64,000 nt of DNA from Candidatus Ozemobacteraceae bacterium. Its GTDB lineage: Bacteria; Muiribacteriota; Ozemobacteria; Ozemobacterales; Ozemobacteraceae. Positions within the stretch are counted from its first letter, which is position 1, and each line of letters starts with the position of its first letter. This document shows positions 61,050-64,000 of the stretch, in pieces. Under the pieces are notes generated by a model, which saw only the letters and a program-made list of their open reading frames with translations, was not told the DNA's origin and did not search any database. Where the stretch lies: assembly GCA_965140445.1 (NCBI GenBank), contig OZ223236.1:1504001-1568000 (forward strand), in the 5' to 3' direction. Made by a program: the position numbers and the translations under genes.

Positions 61050-63596
61050 TTATTTTTTATCAATGGAATTAATTATTTTATCGAAAAATCTATCAATTTC
61101 GGCCGCTCTTTTGGCCGCTTCTTCTGCGGGGTCTGTTTCTTCAATTGAAAACGGGCCTAAGGCTTCTGCAGAAGGGTTTTTCTTCCACTCTGAATATGCT
61201 CTTGCGTAAAAAGGATAGACTAAAAGCTCTTTTTGGGCGGCCTTTTGGTAAAGAGCAGTGGCTTGATACAAGTCCTTTTTTGTTCCTTTGCCTTTCTCAT
61301 ATAAGTTAGCCAATGAAAGCATGCCCCAGACATTTTTATTGTTGGCCAGTTCTGTAAAAATATTGAAGGCTTTTTCAAACTCACCAGAATTTACGTATTT
61401 AAAGCCCATCTGAAGTTTGCCTTCTTCATAATTTTTATCGGCTGCCCAGGAAAACCATTCGTCAGCTTCTTCGCATGAAAATGGGGTATTGGAAACACTT
61501 TGGAGGGATATTCCAAAACTAACCATGGCCAATGGATTACCTGCTTCTGCGCTAGCTTTAAAAGACAGCAAAGCTTTTTCGGGTGCATAAAAAAATGAGT
61601 AGGACCGGTCTTGTATTGCACCCAAAAAGAAACCACAAAAAAATGGATCTGCTTTTGCCATTTGTTGCAGTTTTTCGTAGATAGGGCGGGGCATTTCTCG
61701 GTCTTCAAACAAACCATTGTCGTCGAGGAGGTGATACTTTAATATCGCATTAAAGAGGCCTATATCAGTTTTTATTTCATCCAGGACAAGTTTTTGTTTT
61801 TCCATTTTTTCAAGCGAGTCTCGAGATTCTAATTCTGATCTTGAAATCACCCGTATCTCAGCTGAAGATAAGTGGCTGACAATTTCACTTTTTAACTTTG
61901 ATTTTAATTGCATTTCGCTGGAGGAAAAACTATCAGAGTCTGAAGCCATTAGCCATTTGTAAGCTTCTCTGTAATTATGGTTTTGCCGATTGTGTTCAAT
62001 TAGAAAAAGATGCAATCTCGGAATATCCTTTTTGTTGGCCTTTTTAAGCCACTCCTGAATTTCTGCCATGGAATAGCTTTCGCCATCTTCGTTTTTTACC
62101 TGAATAAGCCTGGAAATACTTCCCGAATGGCCCTTATTAGCCGCAGAATCAAGTAGCCTAATAGCTTTTGCCCGTTGGTCTTTTTTGCTTGAGCTCAATA
62201 AAAGCTTTGCCAGCGTAAATTTTCCTTCTGAGTTCCCTAAGGAAACAGCTTTTTCCAGCAACTTTTCTATTTTTTCCAATGGCGGGTTTTCAGAATTGTC
62301 AGAAAGAAACTTCGCCAGCTCTACCATTGCTTCTGAAGAACCTGACTCAACCCCTTTTTCCAAGAGGTCCTGAACTGTTTTTTTCATCATTTCGCGAACC
62401 TGGGTTGGAAGAACGGCATAATCTTTTATCATTGCAGCTATTCTTGAATAAGAATCTTTTGCGCCATGGCTCATGGCTTCTTTGTAGTAAGTTAAGCCCC
62501 GGTCAAAAGAATCTTTTGAATAGCCGGTCATAACATCTCCCAACATTAGCATTGCATCTGTATTTCCATAGCTTGCTGCAACTTCAAGTACTTTTAAAAT
62601 GTGCTCGGAGTTGGGAGGGAAAATGTTCTTTTCATATTTACTTGCTTCAATAGCCAGATTAAAAAGTCCATCACCATCTTTTAGCTCGATTAGTTTTTGT
62701 CGTTTTTGTTCAAAATTTAATCTGAGATGCTTTTTCAGGAGTGCTATTGCTTCAACCTGATTTTTTTCTGCAGACGCTCTGGCAAAATGGATTTGCTGAG
62801 GTGTCAGATTTAAAATTCTATTTATTTGAGCAGTTTTAGATTCTGTTGAAAGCATTTTTTTGCCCTTTTTGAAGGCGTGATACGCTTTTTGTTGATCAAC
62901 TACAAAATCAATCAAATTTTGATTTTGTGGAGATAGGTTTTTCGCGGCTGGTGATTTTTTTAATGGGGTATTAATCTGGCAAATCCAGTAAATTGCTTCC
63001 CGAAGATTTCTAGTTGTGCCTTCATTGCCTGAGAGAAAAGCATTTAAAAGAGCTTTTCTGGCGTTGTCGTCAAAAAAGTAGTTTGCCAGTCCCAAATTCG
63101 TTTTGAAGTATTGCTCTTTACTCCCATTTTTTTCATAGTATTGAGCAAGCTGAATCCAGGATTTTTTATCTCCTGCGTCCGCTAACTTTTGGGTCAGGCT
63201 TAGCCACTCATCATTGTTTGTTTGCGGACCCTTTGTAGAAGATGGGTTTAATAATTTAGCAAGAAAGCCACTTGCTAAAGGGTGGTTTTTGCTTGCCAGA
63301 TCTTTCAAGATCTCAATGCTTTTGCTTTGGTCTTTTATTACGCCGCGACCTTCTTTATAGCAGACAGCTAAAAAGAATTTTGCGTCGAGATCTCCCTGAT
63401 TAGCTATTTTTTCAAAATTCGTAAAAGCATTTTGGAAGTCACCTGTTTTGTATTGTTCTTCCAGCACTCTTCTGAAAGCAATTTTCTGATCTTCAGTTGA
63501 TAGGTTGTCCTTAATCTCAATTTTTGAGGTTCCATAACAACCGACAAAAAAACAACAAAATATTAAAAATATGGCTAGCCAGAATTTCATTATCAA
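61050..63596 (-). CDS. Sel1-repeat lipoprotein
   Basis: Lipobox FVGC; AKFFLAVCYKEGRGV, LANLYEKGKGTKKDLYQATALYQKAA. Confidence 0.85.
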   Translation of the reverse strand: MIMKFWLAIFLIFCCFFVGCYGTSKIEIKDNLSTEDQKIAFRRVLEEQYKTGDFQNAFTNFEKIANQGDLDAKFFLAVCYKEGRGVIKDQSKSIEILKDLASKNHPLASGFLAKLLNPSSTKGPQTNNDEWLSLTQKLADAGDKKSWIQLAQYYEKNGSKEQYFKTNLGLANYFFDDNARKALLNAFLSGNEGTTRNLREAIYWICQINTPLKKSPAAKNLSPQNQNLIDFVVDQQKAYHAFKKGKKMLSTESKTAQINRILNLTPQQIHFARASAEKNQVEAIALLKKHLRLNFEQKRQKLIELKDGDGLFNLAIEASKYEKNIFPPNSEHILKVLEVAASYGNTDAMLMLGDVMTGYSKDSFDRGLTYYKEAMSHGAKDSYSRIAAMIKDYAVLPTQVREMMKKTVQDLLEKGVESGSSEAMVELAKFLSDNSENPPLEKIEKLLEKAVSLGNSEGKFTLAKLLLSSSKKDQRAKAIRLLDSAANKGHSGSISRLIQVKNEDGESYSMAEIQEWLKKANKKDIPRLHLFLIEHNRQNHNYREAYKWLMASDSDSFSSSEMQLKSKLKSEIVSHLSSAEIRVISRSELESRDSLEKMEKQKLVLDEIKTDIGLFNAILKYHLLDDNGLFEDREMPRPIYEKLQQMAKADPFFCGFFLGAIQDRSYSFFYAPEKALLSFKASAEAGNPLAMVSFGISLQSVSNTPFSCEEADEWFSWAADKNYEEGKLQMGFKYVNSGEFEKAFNIFTELANNKNVWGMLSLANLYEKGKGTKKDLYQATALYQKAAQKELLVYPFYARAYSEWKKNPSAEALGPFSIEETDPAEEAAKRAAEIDRFFDKIINSIDKK

Positions 63597-63729
63597 GTCC
63601 TAATTATTAAAAGTTTGCACGCCTATTCTATATTAAATCAATGACTAAGGCATCATTCGAAAAAAAAAATAAGGAAGAGATTTTGAAAAAATTGCTTAGC
63701 AAAATTTATGGCAAAAGAGGCTGATGGAA

Positions 63730-64000
63730 CTAGCAGGGGAGTAACTGAGCTTCATCTTTTTGATCTAATTCTTCATTGTTTTCAATTTCTGTCGCTTTAA
63801 ATGCTTTTAGCTTGCTTGTGGCAAGAATGCTGGTTAATGAAACAAGTCCAACGCTCAAATATATGGCGAGTCGATAAGAGCCGGTTACATCAGCAAGATA
63901 ACCGCCAACGCCCGGCCCTATGCTTCCTGCCAATCCGTATGCCAGAAAGCATATTGGATAAAGCTTTGGAAATGATTCTTCTCCAAAAATGTTGGAAACA
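63730..64000 (-). CDS. MFS transporter (OFA-like), C-terminal part only; start lies beyond the window
   Basis: VSNIFGEESFPKLYPICFLAYGLAGSIGPGVGGYLADVTGSYRLA. Confidence 0.8.
   Translation of the reverse strand, partial: VSNIFGEESFPKLYPICFLAYGLAGSIGPGVGGYLADVTGSYRLAIYLSVGLVSLTSILATSKLKAFKATEIENNEELDQKDEAQLLPC

Overview
This is an AT-rich bacterial chromosomal window from a probably anaerobic, diderm lineage. Outer-membrane beta-barrel-like genes sit alongside Firmicutes-style floA, padR-pspC and ECF genes; I cannot fix the taxon from the sequence. The left part is mostly housekeeping: a truncated HAMP histidine kinase, gap-pgk-tpiA, a cmk-rpsA fusion, aroA, a YhaM-like dehydratase, an Fe-S aldo/keto reductase, a membrane pyrophosphatase, mfd, nagA, a PHP phosphatase, fprA, floA and a Ca/Na antiporter. 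These are interleaved with many secreted or lineage-specific hypothetical genes and several degenerate signalling enzymes. The right part holds two outward-facing tRNA genes (Gln-CTG, Leu-GAG) flanked by accessory-looking genes: DUF2971, a fibre/adhesin pair with a 3x252-bp near-perfect tandem repeat, a STAND-type cyclase and a Sel1 lipoprotein. I saw no CRISPR array, integrase, transposase, reverse transcriptase or rRNA. Best leads: (1) the Cmk-S1 fusion has seven S1 domains and an internal ribosome-binding site; (2) the pyrophosphatase carries a Na+,H+ signature and a long GGFD-repeat tail; (3) a PhnD-like sensor is coupled to a degenerate cyclase-HEAT protein; (4) the tRNA-linked fibre/adhesin cassette; (5) both tRNAs end in CCG rather than CCA; (6) two sigma-54 promoters, one inside an RBS-occluding stem; (7) a terminator encoded within a signal peptide. 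Family names come from motif recognition, not database searches.
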